A stretch of 64,000 nt of DNA, taken from positions 8,613-72,612 of the forward strand of contig CAZGRL010000007.1 in NCBI GenBank assembly GCA_964528155.1. Reading direction: 5' to 3'. The first letter of the stretch is position 1; the number at the start of each line of letters is the position of its first letter. The stretch comes from an uncultured Anaerolineaceae bacterium. GTDB taxonomy: Bacteria > Chloroflexota > Anaerolineae > Anaerolineales > E44-bin32. Below, piece after piece: positions 46,508 through 58,726 of this stretch. Position numbers and translations under genes: made by a program. The notes beneath the pieces are model-generated. The model was given only the letters and a program-made list of their open reading frames with translations, was not told where the DNA came from and did no database searches.

Positions 46508-46678
46508 ATGGCGGAAGGATCGTGTGTGGAGTGCGGCGCTGGCATCCCCCTTCAGGACGACCTGATTCTCGGGGAAATTCTACCTTGCCCGGAGTGCGGC
46601 GCCGAGCTTGAGGTCACATCACTTGACCCGGTGCAGCTGTCCCTGGCGCCCGAGGTCGAAGAAGACTGGGGGGAGTGA
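46508..46678 (+). CDS. lysW: Amino-group carrier protein LysW
   Basis: Translated by hand: MAEGSCVECGAGIPLQDDLILGEILPCPECGAELEV...APEVEEDWGE; zinc ribbon and C-terminal EDWGE. Confidence 0.97.
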   Translation: MAEGSCVECGAGIPLQDDLILGEILPCPECGAELEVTSLDPVQLSLAPEVEEDWGE

Positions 46679-47556
46679 TGCGCCTGGCGATGATCGTCTC
46701 ACGCGTCCGGACCGAGGAGAAGCTCCTGCTGGAGGCCTTCCGCCGCGCCGGCGTGGAGCCCGAGCTCATCGCCGATGACGAGATCGTCTTCGACCTGACA
46801 GCCTTCGATTCCTCCTGGTCACAGTACGACGTCGTCCTGTCTCGCAGCCTAAGCGCCTCGCGCGGACTGTACACCACACGTGTCTTGAACACGTTCGGCG
46901 TCAGGACGATCAACAGCTACGAGACCTCGCCGATGTGCGCCGACAAGGTCCTGACAACAATCGCCCTGGCGGCAGCCGGGATCCCTCAACCCAAGGCGCG
47001 CCTTGCCTTCTATCCTGAATCGGCATTGCAGGCGATCGAAGCGCTCGGTTATCCCGCAGTCCTCAAGCCAGCCTTCGGATCCTGGGGCCGGCTCCTGGCG
47101 AAGGTCAATGATCGCGAGAGCGCCGAGGCGATTCTCGAGCACCGTCAGACGTTGGGCAACTTCATCCAACACATCTACTACGCCCAGGCCTACGTCGAGA
47201 AATCCCACAGCCGCGATATCCGGGCATTCGTCGTGGGTGACCGGACGGTTTGCACCATCTACCGCACCTCTTCGCATTGGATCACCAACACCGCCAGAGG
47301 CAGCACCGCCAGCGCCTGTCCGGTGACGCCAGGACTCGATGAGCTTTGCCGCCGCACGGCGACGGCGGTCGGCGGAGGAATTCTCGCCATCGACCTATTC
47401 GAGGTCAATGACGGGTTCGTCGTGAACGAGGTCAACCACACAATGGAATTCCGCAACAGTATCGAGCCCACCGGAGTCGACATCTCGGCAGAGGTTGCCT
47501 CTTATGTCCTCGATCGGGCATCCGAGGTGATGCAGCCCGCGGAAAGGTCGGCGTGA
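46678..47556 (+). CDS. lysX: LysX ATP-grasp ligase (alpha-aminoadipate-LysW ligase)
   Basis: GYPAVLKPAFGSWGRLLAK, RDIRAFVVG, HWITNTARG, VNEVNHTMEF; TGATG coupling to lysW. Confidence 0.93.
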   Translation: MRLAMIVSRVRTEEKLLLEAFRRAGVEPELIADDEIVFDLTAFDSSWSQYDVVLSRSLSASRGLYTTRVLNTFGVRTINSYETSPMCADKVLTTIALAAAGIPQPKARLAFYPESALQAIEALGYPAVLKPAFGSWGRLLAKVNDRESAEAILEHRQTLGNFIQHIYYAQAYVEKSHSRDIRAFVVGDRTVCTIYRTSSHWITNTARGSTASACPVTPGLDELCRRTATAVGGGILAIDLFEVNDGFVVNEVNHTMEFRNSIEPTGVDISAEVASYVLDRASEVMQPAERSA

Positions 47557-48590
47557 AAACCAGAGTGGCGATCGTCGGCGGATCGGGTTACGTCGGAGGC
47601 GAGCTGCTCCGTCTCCTTCTTTTTCACCCTTCGGTCGAATTTGCCCAGATCACTTCGAACTCCCACACCGGCGAGTATGTGCACACGATGCACCCCAACC
47701 TTCGCGGCTCGACCGATCTGCGCTTCCATTCGAGCGACGATCTCTTACCCTGTGATGTCCTTTACCTGGCGCTGCCCCACGGCGAATCATCCGCCGCCAT
47801 CGAGCGCTACGCAGGCATGGCGGAGATCGTCATCGACTGTTCGGCGGATTTTCGACTACGAAAACCGGAGGCCTACGAACGATGGTACGGCCGCCCCCAC
47901 CCCGCGCCGGATTATCTCTCTAGGTTTGTCTACGGCCTGCCGGAGCGTCATCGCGCTGACCTGGCTTCGACCCAGTACGCCTCCGGGGTCGGCTGCAACG
48001 CAACCGTGTTGAATCTGGCTATCGGCCCACTGGCGGACGCCGGTTGCTTGGAGAGGGTCGTGGCCGAGGTCAAAGTCGGGTCTTCAGAGGCGGGAGCCAG
48101 CCCGACCCCGGGTTCTCACCATCCGGAGCGAAGCGGTGCGGTACGGGTGTACAGCCCGTCCGGGCACCGTCACCTGGCCGAGGTCGAACAGGAACTCGGC
48201 GATGTCCCGATTCATCTCACGCTAACAGCGATCGAGATGGTCAGGGGCGTCCACCTGACAGCTCACTGCTTTCTGAAGTCCGAAGCAGGTGTTCAAGACG
48301 AGCGCGCGCTTTGGGATGTATATCGCACTGCCTACGCCGCGGATCCGTTCGTCCGTTTGGTCGCGTCGAAGCGTGGGCTGCACCGATTCCCGGAGCCGAC
48401 GATCCTGGCCGGGACGAACTACTGTGACATCGGTTTCAGTCTCGATCCCGCCACCGGCGTGTTGATCGTCATCGCCGCGTTGGACAATTTGATGAAGGGT
48501 GCAGCCGGCTCTGCGGTACAGTCGATGAACCTCATGCTGGGAATCGACGAGCGATCGGGGCTAGCCTTCCCCGGTTTGCATCCGGTCTAG
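47553..48590 (+). CDS. lysY: LysW-aminoadipyl-phosphate reductase (ArgC-like)
   Basis: IVGGSGYVGGELLRLL, LALPHG, DCSADFRL, GVGCNAT, HPERS, NLMKGAAGSAVQSMN. Confidence 0.93.
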   Translation: MKTRVAIVGGSGYVGGELLRLLLFHPSVEFAQITSNSHTGEYVHTMHPNLRGSTDLRFHSSDDLLPCDVLYLALPHGESSAAIERYAGMAEIVIDCSADFRLRKPEAYERWYGRPHPAPDYLSRFVYGLPERHRADLASTQYASGVGCNATVLNLAIGPLADAGCLERVVAEVKVGSSEAGASPTPGSHHPERSGAVRVYSPSGHRHLAEVEQELGDVPIHLTLTAIEMVRGVHLTAHCFLKSEAGVQDERALWDVYRTAYAADPFVRLVASKRGLHRFPEPTILAGTNYCDIGFSLDPATGVLIVIAALDNLMKGAAGSAVQSMNLMLGIDERSGLAFPGLHPV

Positions 48591-48636
48591 ATTCTGTCCG
48601 ATACCGGAAGAATTCAATGGAGTTGTCTTGAGACGA

Positions 48637-48768
48637 CCCCCGCCCCTCGATCCCCCTCCCCCGTCATTCGGCGGAGGTCACTCCGAACATGCCCTCAACG
48701 GGGGAGGGGGAAGATAACGCTTGGTTGGGTCATCGGGCAGCAGAGCTGCCCGATGACCCAACCAAGCG
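48637..48768. repeat. Composite element inside the lys operon: C-rich/G-rich hairpin plus a perfect 24-bp palindrome (48718-48768)
   Basis: tccccctcccccgt / acgggggaggggga 14-bp stem, then cgcttggttgggtcatcgggcagc-aga-gctgcccgatgacccaaccaagcg. Confidence 0.9.
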
Positions 48769-48928
48769 ACTACCTCACCGCATCGAGGTCGCGTGGATGA
48801 CGACGGACAGGAGGGTGAGGATGGAGCCATCTCCCTGCAAAGTCAGCTGACGGTGGCGAGCAGCCGCATGCGTCCAAGCAAGCGGCCTTGCCAGCCAATG
48901 GCAGGGGATCACCGTTAGGAGGCCCACG

Positions 48929-49753
48929 ATGGGCGACAGCCGGATCGTCATCAAGATCGGCGGAAGCGCCGGGATTGACCTGAGTGCGGTTTGCGACGAC
49001 ATCGCCGAGTTCGCTCACGCAGGATCCTCGGTTGTCGTCCTGCACGGCGGTTCGGACCGAGCCAATCGCCTGGCGACTACCCTTGGCCGTCCCCCTGTCT
49101 TCCTTACATCTCCCGCGGGTCACGTCAGCCGCTATACCGACCGTGGTATGCGCGACATCTTCGTCCGCGCCACGGACGAGCTCAACGGTGAGATCGTGCG
49201 TTGGCTCGATGCCCGCCAGGTCCATGCATGCGGACTAATCGGGGTGGAATGCGCGCTGTGGGGAGAACGCAAGCAGACCATCCGGGCCCTCGAGGACGGG
49301 AGGGTGCGGGTCATCCGTGACGATTACTCCGGCAGGATACGTAGCGTCGACACCGAAAGATTGCAGATGCTCTTGGTTGACGGCATCGTACCGGTCTTGC
49401 CGCCGGTGGCCCGCAGCGACGCGGATGGTCTGCTCAACGTCGATGGCGACCGGGCAGCGGCCGCGGTGGCGGCGGCGCTTGGCGCTGAGCAGCTGATCAT
49501 CATCTCGAATGTTTCCGGGCTGTTGCAGCAGTATCCGATAGAGGACAGCCTGGTTGCCCATGTGAGTCAGCCCGAAATTGAGCATGCGATCGAATGGGCG
49601 CAGGGACGGATGAAGAGGAAGGTCATGAGCGTAAAGGAAGCGCTCGAGAGCGGCGTGAGGCGGGTCGGGCTGGCCGACGGCCGTGTGGCCCACCCCCTGC
49701 GCCGAGCTTTGGCCGGCGGAGGAACCTGGTTTGACTCACAACACCGATCTTGA
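48929..49753 (+). CDS. lysZ: LysW-aminoadipate kinase (ArgB-like)
   Basis: IVIKIGGS, VVLHGGS, SRYTDR, LLNVDGDRAAAAVA, MKRKV. Confidence 0.92.
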   Translation: MGDSRIVIKIGGSAGIDLSAVCDDIAEFAHAGSSVVVLHGGSDRANRLATTLGRPPVFLTSPAGHVSRYTDRGMRDIFVRATDELNGEIVRWLDARQVHACGLIGVECALWGERKQTIRALEDGRVRVIRDDYSGRIRSVDTERLQMLLVDGIVPVLPPVARSDADGLLNVDGDRAAAAVAAALGAEQLIIISNVSGLLQQYPIEDSLVAHVSQPEIEHAIEWAQGRMKRKVMSVKEALESGVRRVGLADGRVAHPLRRALAGGGTWFDSQHRS

Positions 49754-49760
49754 TCTGGGA

Positions 49761-50951
49761 GTGAAGAGGTCTGACGTCTTCGCCTCCATATTCGAGCTTG
49801 AAAATCGCCATACCTCCGGCGCGTATCCCAAACGGCCACTGGCGCTCGTTCGGGGACTTGGCTCGCAGGTCCGCGATGTCGAAGGCCGGACATATCTCGA
49901 TATGACCAGCGGTCAGGGGGTCACTCTGTTGGGCCACAGTCACCGGCGCGTTGTCGAGGCCGTCCAGCGCCAGGCCGAACGCCTGATCACCTGTCCCGAG
50001 ATCTTCTACAACGATCAGCGGGCGCTCTTTGCCGAGCGACTGTCCAGGCACACCCCTGAGGACGTGACCCGTTTCTTCTTCTGCAATTCAGGAACTGAAG
50101 CAGTCGAAGGCGCGCTGAAATTCTCCCGACTGGTGACGAAGCGCAAAGGGATCATCGCCGCTCAAAGGGGTTTTCACGGTCGTACGATGGGCTCACTCTC
50201 GGCGACGTGGAACCCGAGGTACCGCGAGCCCTTCCAACCACTCATCCCGGAGGTCGTGCATATCCCATACAACGATCTGGATGCGGCTGAGCTGGCGATC
50301 GACGATTTGACCGCGGCGGTCGTGTTGGAGGTCATCCAGGGAGAGGGCGGCGTGTATCCGGGTTCGCCAGAGTTCCTACATGGTGTCCGCGACCTGTGCA
50401 CGAACAGGGGGGCACTCCTGATCATCGATGAAGTCCAGACGGGTCTCGGCCGGGCCGGCAGTTGGTTTGCCTGTCAGGGCCTCGATTTGGTACCGGATGT
50501 CATGTGCCTGGGCAAGGGCATCGCCGGTGGGCTGCCGATGGGCGTAGTGTGTTGGAGAGAGTCACTCGGCGTGATACCAGAAGGATCCCACGGCAGCACA
50601 CTCGGCGGCAATCCTCTATCCTGCGCCGCAGCACTAGCAACCCTGGATGTCTTGGCCGAAGAAAACCTCCCCGCGCGATCGAGAGAACTGGGCGAAAGGT
50701 TGCTAGAAGACCTGAGATCCTTGGATCAGCCGATGATCCGAGGCATCCGAGGCCGTGGCCTGATGATCGGCATCGACTTGCGCAAGCGAGTGACGCCATT
50801 CCTCAAGAGCCTTATGGCGCGCGGAGTGCTTGCCCTTCCCGCGGGACCCACGGTTCTGCGTCTGTTGCCGCCGCTTGTGGTGCGCCAGGATGAGCTCGAC
50901 CTCGTTCGCCGGGCGATCACACAAACCCTGGAGGAACTAGCGAATGCTTGA
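49761..50951 (+). CDS. lysJ: LysW-aminoadipate-semialdehyde transaminase (class III PLP)
   Basis: YPKRPLALVRG, FFCNSGTEAVEGALKF, GFHGRTMGSLS, LIIDEVQTG, LGKGIAGGLP, HGSTLGGNPL; start GTG 49761. Confidence 0.92.
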   Translation: MKRSDVFASIFELENRHTSGAYPKRPLALVRGLGSQVRDVEGRTYLDMTSGQGVTLLGHSHRRVVEAVQRQAERLITCPEIFYNDQRALFAERLSRHTPEDVTRFFFCNSGTEAVEGALKFSRLVTKRKGIIAAQRGFHGRTMGSLSATWNPRYREPFQPLIPEVVHIPYNDLDAAELAIDDLTAAVVLEVIQGEGGVYPGSPEFLHGVRDLCTNRGALLIIDEVQTGLGRAGSWFACQGLDLVPDVMCLGKGIAGGLPMGVVCWRESLGVIPEGSHGSTLGGNPLSCAAALATLDVLAEENLPARSRELGERLLEDLRSLDQPMIRGIRGRGLMIGIDLRKRVTPFLKSLMARGVLALPAGPTVLRLLPPLVVRQDELDLVRRAITQTLEELANA

Positions 50952-52062
50952 GACCACGACGGGAAGGCGAACACGGGTAACTGCGATCGAGGCCGAGGCA
51001 TTGCTCCGCGATCTGGTGACCATCCCCAGCCTATCTGGTGCCGAAACTGAAGCTTCGGCACTTCTCACGGAATGGATGGCCGACCGCGGCTTCCGGACCT
51101 GGGTCGATGAGACCGGAAGCGCGGTGGGAGACCGGGGGGACGGCCCAAGAGAGATCGTGCTCCTCGGCCACATCGATACATTCCCGGGAGAGGTCGCTGT
51201 CCGGATTGACGGACGTCGGCTTTTCGGGCGAGGGTCGGTGGATGCAAAGGGCGCGCTGGCAGCGTTCGCCGTCGCCGCGGCTTCGACCGATCCGCCATCG
51301 GATGTTCGGCTGATCGTCATCGGAGCCTCGGAAGAGGAGGCCGCCACCAGTCGCGGCGCGCGCTATGCCATAAGTCAGTATCGGCCGGAGGCGTGTCTCA
51401 TCGGCGAGCCTAGCGGCTGGGACCGGCTGACGCTCGGCTACAAAGGCCGCCTCAACCTGTCGTGGTCATGGGAAGGAGGGCTGGCCCACTCGGCCGGACC
51501 TACCCGAAGCCCGGCCGAGGTCGCCGTTGGGGCCTGGCGCTGGATCGAGGACCATTCGTCCACGTTCAACCACGGGCGAGCGGATGAATTCCGCAGGCTC
51601 AGGCCTTCTCTGCAATCGATCCAGACAAGCCGAGAGGGCGCCTTCGGCCGCGCCCGGATGGAGGTCAACCTGCGACTACCTCCAGGCCTCCGTCCGGCAG
51701 ATGTGGAACAGGCGATACGATCCGGGATCCCCGATGGTGAGATGAGTTTCTCGGGACATGAGCCCGCTTTCCAGGCCTTGAACAACAACGCCCTCACCCG
51801 CGCGCTGCGATCAGCGATTCGCGCCGAAGGGGGACAGCCGCGGCACGTTCACAAGACAGGCACGTCCGACATGAACGTGGTGGGGCCGGTGTGGCGCTGC
51901 CCAATCGCCGCCTACGGCCCGGGGGATTCCCGCTTGGATCACACCGCCGAGGAACACATCGACCTGGACGAGTACCAACACTCGATCCGGGTGCTTGGCA
52001 GAGCTCTGTCGACCCTGATGGATGATCGCGGCGCCGTGGACCCATCCCCTTCGGCGCGGTGA
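50944..52062 (+). CDS. lysK: LysW-lysine carboxypeptidase (M20 family)
   Basis: LLGHIDTFPG, GRGSVDAKG, ASEEE, GEPSGW, GYKG, TGTSDMN, YGPGDSRLDHT. Confidence 0.93.
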   Translation: MLETTTGRRTRVTAIEAEALLRDLVTIPSLSGAETEASALLTEWMADRGFRTWVDETGSAVGDRGDGPREIVLLGHIDTFPGEVAVRIDGRRLFGRGSVDAKGALAAFAVAAASTDPPSDVRLIVIGASEEEAATSRGARYAISQYRPEACLIGEPSGWDRLTLGYKGRLNLSWSWEGGLAHSAGPTRSPAEVAVGAWRWIEDHSSTFNHGRADEFRRLRPSLQSIQTSREGAFGRARMEVNLRLPPGLRPADVEQAIRSGIPDGEMSFSGHEPAFQALNNNALTRALRSAIRAEGGQPRHVHKTGTSDMNVVGPVWRCPIAAYGPGDSRLDHTAEEHIDLDEYQHSIRVLGRALSTLMDDRGAVDPSPSAR

Positions 52063-52093
52063 AGCTCTCGGGGAGCCCTTGCCCGCTCAGCGT

Positions 52094-52127
52094 AGGCTCC
52101 CGGAGCCTTAGAGGGTCCGGGAGCCTG
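52094..52127. repeat. Short palindromic element, copy 2
   Basis: aggctcccggagccttagagggtccgggagcctg, near-identical to 14207-14240; between convergent lysK and dnaA. Confidence 0.82.
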
Positions 52128-52546
52128 TTCTCCTTAAACGCAAACCGCCGCCACAGTGGGCGTACGGGAAATTGTGCACCAGGAGTTCAGGGCGCCGGCC
52201 GGGAGCCGCAGTGGGACCGGTCTCGAGACGCCCCTTCGTCAAAAGAAGCTGTTATCTCCCGACGCAGCCATTGGTGGCGGCTTGCGTACTTACTTTAGCT
52301 CGCCTGGCTGGCTGGAGGAAGTGCGGGTTGTCATATTCCTGAGATACGGTCGTCATTTCGGGACAGGGCTTGGGCGGGCAGGGCGCGTTGGGGTCTTGTG
52401 GTGAGGAGAAGCCTCCATCCCTCCACAGTACCCTGCCCGCCCTGGCAGGTCGCGCCAGGGAGCGGGAACGATGCCCGTAGGCCGAGTCCTCGGCTTCGCT
52501 CGGGATGTATTCCGTCGAAGGGTGCTTTGGGAAGACTCCCCCGGCT

Positions 52547-53896
52547 TCAGGCCGGCGCCCCGACCTGTTGGTAGACGGCCTCCCGGATCGCCATCACCTG
52601 GCGCCGCAGCGTATCATCCGTCTCGAGCAGATCGGCGATCTTCTCACAGCCGTACATGACGGTCGTGTGATCTCGCCCCCCAAGCGCCGATCCGATCTGG
52701 GGTAGCGAGGCCCGGGTCTCCTCGCGTATCAGGTACATCGCCACCTGACGCGGCAGGGCTACTTGGCGGGATCGGTCGCGGCTGGACAACTGATCACGGC
52801 TCAGGTTGTAGTGACCGGCGACAGCCTCCAGAATCGCTTCCGGGGTGAGCGCGCCGCCACGTGGCAGCAGATCCACCAGCGCAGTCTCGACCAGCTCTGA
52901 ATTGAGCGCCACGCCGCTCAGATCCGACATCGCCAAGACGCGAGTGAGCGCGCCCTCGAGCTCACGGACGTTGCTCTGCACCTTGCGGGCGATGATCTCC
53001 AGCAGCTCAGGCTCGACCTGACGGCCGGCCCGCTCGGCCTTGGTCCGCAGAATCGCCAGACGGGTCTCCAGGTCCGGCGGCTGGATGTCGGCGGTCAGCC
53101 CCCATTCGAAGCGCGAGCGCAAGCGCTCTTCAAGGGTCACGAGCGCCTTTGGGGGTCGATCCGACGAGATCACAAGCTGTCGATCCTGGCCGTGGAGCGT
53201 GTTGAACGTGTGGAAGAACTCCTCCTGGGTGGATTCCTTGCCCGCCAGGAACTGGATGTCGTCGATGAGGAGAACATCCATCCGCCGGTAGCGTTCTCGA
53301 AAGGTCACCGTCGTATGGCTGCGTATGGCGTTGATCAGGTCGTTCGTGAAGTCTTCCGAGGAGACGTACAGCACACGCAGGCCGGCCTCGACGCAAGCAT
53401 TCCCGACGGCGTGGAGCAGGTGCGTTTTCCCCAGGCCGACGCCACCGTATAGGAAGAGAGGATTGTAGGCATGGGCCGGGTTCTCGGCCACCGCCTGGGC
53501 TGCGGCCGCCCCCAGACGGTTCCCAGCCCCGATAATGAAGTTCTCGAAAGTGTAGCGCGCATTCAGATTGGATCCGGGATAGAGAGGCGCCGTTCCTATG
53601 TCGGGATCGACCTCACTCTTCGAGAAGACGATGTCCTCTGTCGACGAGTCCGATTGCCAGACGACAAACCGAACCTCGGCCGTCCGGCCCGCCAACCCGG
53701 AAAGCACACGCTGAGCGGTCGACATGAGCCGGTCCTCGAGCCAATCGCGAGCGAATGCGTTCTGTACGCCTACGATGAAGACGCCATCTTCGTAGCTCAC
53801 CAACTCCGCATCACGAACCCAGGTATCAAAGACGGCTCGGGGGATCTCGATTTGCATTTGACCGAGCGCGGCATCCCAGATTCGCTTCGCGTCCAT
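52547..53896 (-). CDS. dnaA: Chromosomal replication initiator
   Basis: YTFENF, YNPLFLYGGVGLGKTHLL, LLIDDIQFLAGKESTQEEFFHTFN, RLRSRFEWGL, NVRELEGAL, LPRQVAMYL, GGRDHTTV. Confidence 0.98.
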   Translation of the reverse strand: MDAKRIWDAALGQMQIEIPRAVFDTWVRDAELVSYEDGVFIVGVQNAFARDWLEDRLMSTAQRVLSGLAGRTAEVRFVVWQSDSSTEDIVFSKSEVDPDIGTAPLYPGSNLNARYTFENFIIGAGNRLGAAAAQAVAENPAHAYNPLFLYGGVGLGKTHLLHAVGNACVEAGLRVLYVSSEDFTNDLINAIRSHTTVTFRERYRRMDVLLIDDIQFLAGKESTQEEFFHTFNTLHGQDRQLVISSDRPPKALVTLEERLRSRFEWGLTADIQPPDLETRLAILRTKAERAGRQVEPELLEIIARKVQSNVRELEGALTRVLAMSDLSGVALNSELVETALVDLLPRGGALTPEAILEAVAGHYNLSRDQLSSRDRSRQVALPRQVAMYLIREETRASLPQIGSALGGRDHTTVMYGCEKIADLLETDDTLRRQVMAIREAVYQQVGAPA

Positions 53897-54184
53897 TTGA
53901 GGGCCACTCCATTCCGAGGCGGCTTCCGACGCTTCAAATCCACGGAGGCGGCTGTGTCACTGCCAGTCGCGGAATGGGCGGGGCAGAATCAACCGCACCG
54001 GCCGAGAGGAACGGGCCTGACGGGCCCACCCATCCGGATCGTGGATGTCAACAGAGACGGAAAACCTTTGCGATTGAGCAGATGTTGCGGGAATTGCAAA
54101 CCGTCGGAGAGACGGCCACCGAAACCTCTACAAGATTCTCAACCCGGCTTCGGTCCCCACACAACGAGCACCAGCAACGGCCGA

Positions 54185-54213
54185 ATTCTATCAGAACGCC
54201 GATGCCAGTTCAA
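54185..54213 (-). promoter_or_regulatory. sigma70 promoter of dnaA (about 280-nt 5' UTR)
   Basis: TTGAAC, 17 nt, TGn-extended TAGAAT. Confidence 0.7.
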
Positions 54214-54579
54214 GACAACTAGCCTACTCCAACCTAAAAACAATCGAAGATTTAAGCACGGTCAATGTTAAAGGAACACACCATCGACTGCCGATCCGAG
54301 ATATCGGGCGAGCATTCCGCGGGGGGACATCCTCCCCAATAAAGCCGACCGCCAACCGCAGCCGACGCCACATATGGGGGCAGTCGGGGCTATGAGGACC
54401 GAAGCGGCCGCCCAGGGAAGGAACCTTAAACCGGCATCGGTTCAAGGGAGGACGGACAGGTAACAGAGAACTGCTCGAAATAGAGCTTCAGACGAGCCCC
54501 GATGGTGCGCGCCAGCGATTCGCCATCCCGATCTTCATCATGAGATACATGCGCGTGACAGAACCGCCTGTGTCCCGCC

Positions 54580-55956
54580 TCAGGATCGAGCCAACGCGAT
54601 GTTCAACGCGTCGCGCACACTTCGTGAGGGTGTAACCTCGAGAGCCTCCGGCCATCCGTCATCCCGGCGAGCGCTGGCCGGGATGACGACCCGCTTGAAA
54701 CCCAACCGGCTGGCCTCCCACAACCGCGCACCCAGCTGAGGCACGGCGCGCAATTCGCCTGAGAGGCCGACCTCTCCGACCATGGCCAGATCGGCCGCCA
54801 GGGGTTGATCCTTGACCGAAGAGGCGATGGCCGCGGCAACTGCAAGATCTGCCGCGGGCTCGCGGATCCGCATGCCCCCAACGACGTTCACAAAGACATC
54901 CTGGTCGGCCAGTTTCAGCCCGACCCGGCGCGAGAGCACAGCCACTGTGAGCAGCACGCGGTTGAAGTCGACGCCGTTGGCTGTTCGCCGCGGATGGCCA
55001 AAAGACGTGGCGCTGGTCAGGCCCTGGATCTCCACCAACAGGGGCCGAGTGCCCTCCATTGTCACAGCCACGGCAGAACCAGGTGCATTCACAACCCGCT
55101 CCGCCAGGAAGGCCTCTGATGGGTTGGGGACCTCCACTAACCCGGCCGATCGCATTTCGAAAACCCCGACCTCGGTTGTCGGGCCGAAGCGGTTCTTGAC
55201 CGACCGGAGCAGGCGATAGGTGTGGAGTGAATCGCCCTCGAGATAAAGGACGGTGTCTACGGTGTGCTCCAGGACGCGCGGGCCAGCGATGGAACCCTCT
55301 TTCGTCACGTGCCCCACCAGGAAGATAGCAATGTCCTCGGTCTTGGCCAGCACCTGAAGTCGGTTGGCCGACTCGCGCACCTGAGTGATCGATCCAGCCC
55401 CCGACTCGATCTCGGGAAGGTAAACCGTCTGGATCGAGTCCACGACAACCAGGCCGGGCTTCAACGCCTGGATGTGACCCAGGATGCTCTCCAGATCGGT
55501 CTCGGTGAGTAGATACAGCCCTTCGGGCGGCTCCGCTCCATTGGCCAGGCGAAGAAGGCGACCCTTGATCTGACGTTCCGACTCCTCGCCCGAGACATAC
55601 AGGACGGTACCGGCCCGCGCCATCTCGGCCGCCATCTGAAGCAGCAGAGTGGATTTTCCGATCCCTGGATCGCCACCGACGAGGACTAGCGAGCCCGGCA
55701 CGACCCCTCCGCCGAGGACTCGGGCGAATTCCTCGATCGGCAGCGGCAGACGCTCGTCAACGTCACCAACGATCTCGGCCAGACGGCGGGGGGCGGAACC
55801 GGGTTTTGGCGATACGGCTCGCGTCCGCGACCGGCTGGGGCTCTGGACTTCAGCCAGCATGCTGTTCCACGCGCCGCATTGCGGACAACGACCGAGCGCC
55901 TTGGGAGCCGCACGGCCGCATTGTTGACATACGTACCGGACTATCGTCTTGGCCAC
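54580..55956 (-). CDS. radA: DNA repair protein RadA/Sms
   Basis: YVCQQCG...CPQCGAWN, GGDPGIGKSTLLLQ, YVSGEES, KNRFG, GEVGLSGE; GTG 55956 with GGAGG Shine-Dalgarno and TATAAT. Confidence 0.96.
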   Translation of the reverse strand: MAKTIVRYVCQQCGRAAPKALGRCPQCGAWNSMLAEVQSPSRSRTRAVSPKPGSAPRRLAEIVGDVDERLPLPIEEFARVLGGGVVPGSLVLVGGDPGIGKSTLLLQMAAEMARAGTVLYVSGEESERQIKGRLLRLANGAEPPEGLYLLTETDLESILGHIQALKPGLVVVDSIQTVYLPEIESGAGSITQVRESANRLQVLAKTEDIAIFLVGHVTKEGSIAGPRVLEHTVDTVLYLEGDSLHTYRLLRSVKNRFGPTTEVGVFEMRSAGLVEVPNPSEAFLAERVVNAPGSAVAVTMEGTRPLLVEIQGLTSATSFGHPRRTANGVDFNRVLLTVAVLSRRVGLKLADQDVFVNVVGGMRIREPAADLAVAAAIASSVKDQPLAADLAMVGEVGLSGELRAVPQLGARLWEASRLGFKRVVIPASARRDDGWPEALEVTPSRSVRDALNIALARS

Positions 55957-56002
55957 ACTTCCTCCGACTTCCAGTTTCAGGATTATACGCGGAGGGGCTG
56001 AC

Positions 56003-56053
56003 GTCGAAAAGAAGGACAGGCGCAGCCAAGCTGCGCCTGTCCTTCTTTTCGAC
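56003..56053. repeat. Long palindrome, perfect 24-bp stem; could also serve as the clpC terminator
   Basis: gtcgaaaagaaggacaggcgcagc-caa-gctgcgcctgtccttcttttcgac. Confidence 0.88.
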
Positions 56054-56074
56054 AACACCTCGGATGGGTGCTGT

Positions 56075-58576
<2,502 letters not shown>

Positions 58577-58726
58577 AACCTCTCCTCACCTCAGCTCGCA
58601 AATCAGCCTCGGAATTGTCCTATTCTACCAAAGTTTGCGGGCTCCCCCGGGGGATGCTCATTTCCCATGTCGACTCGGAAGAGTCATTCGGCCGGGCGCT
58701 CCGGAGGAGCTGCCCGGCCGGCATGC

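Noticed and set aside
52063-52546. oriC / DNA-unwinding element downstream of dnaA
   Set aside because: No clustered DnaA boxes or clear trio repeat; only a short AT-rich patch
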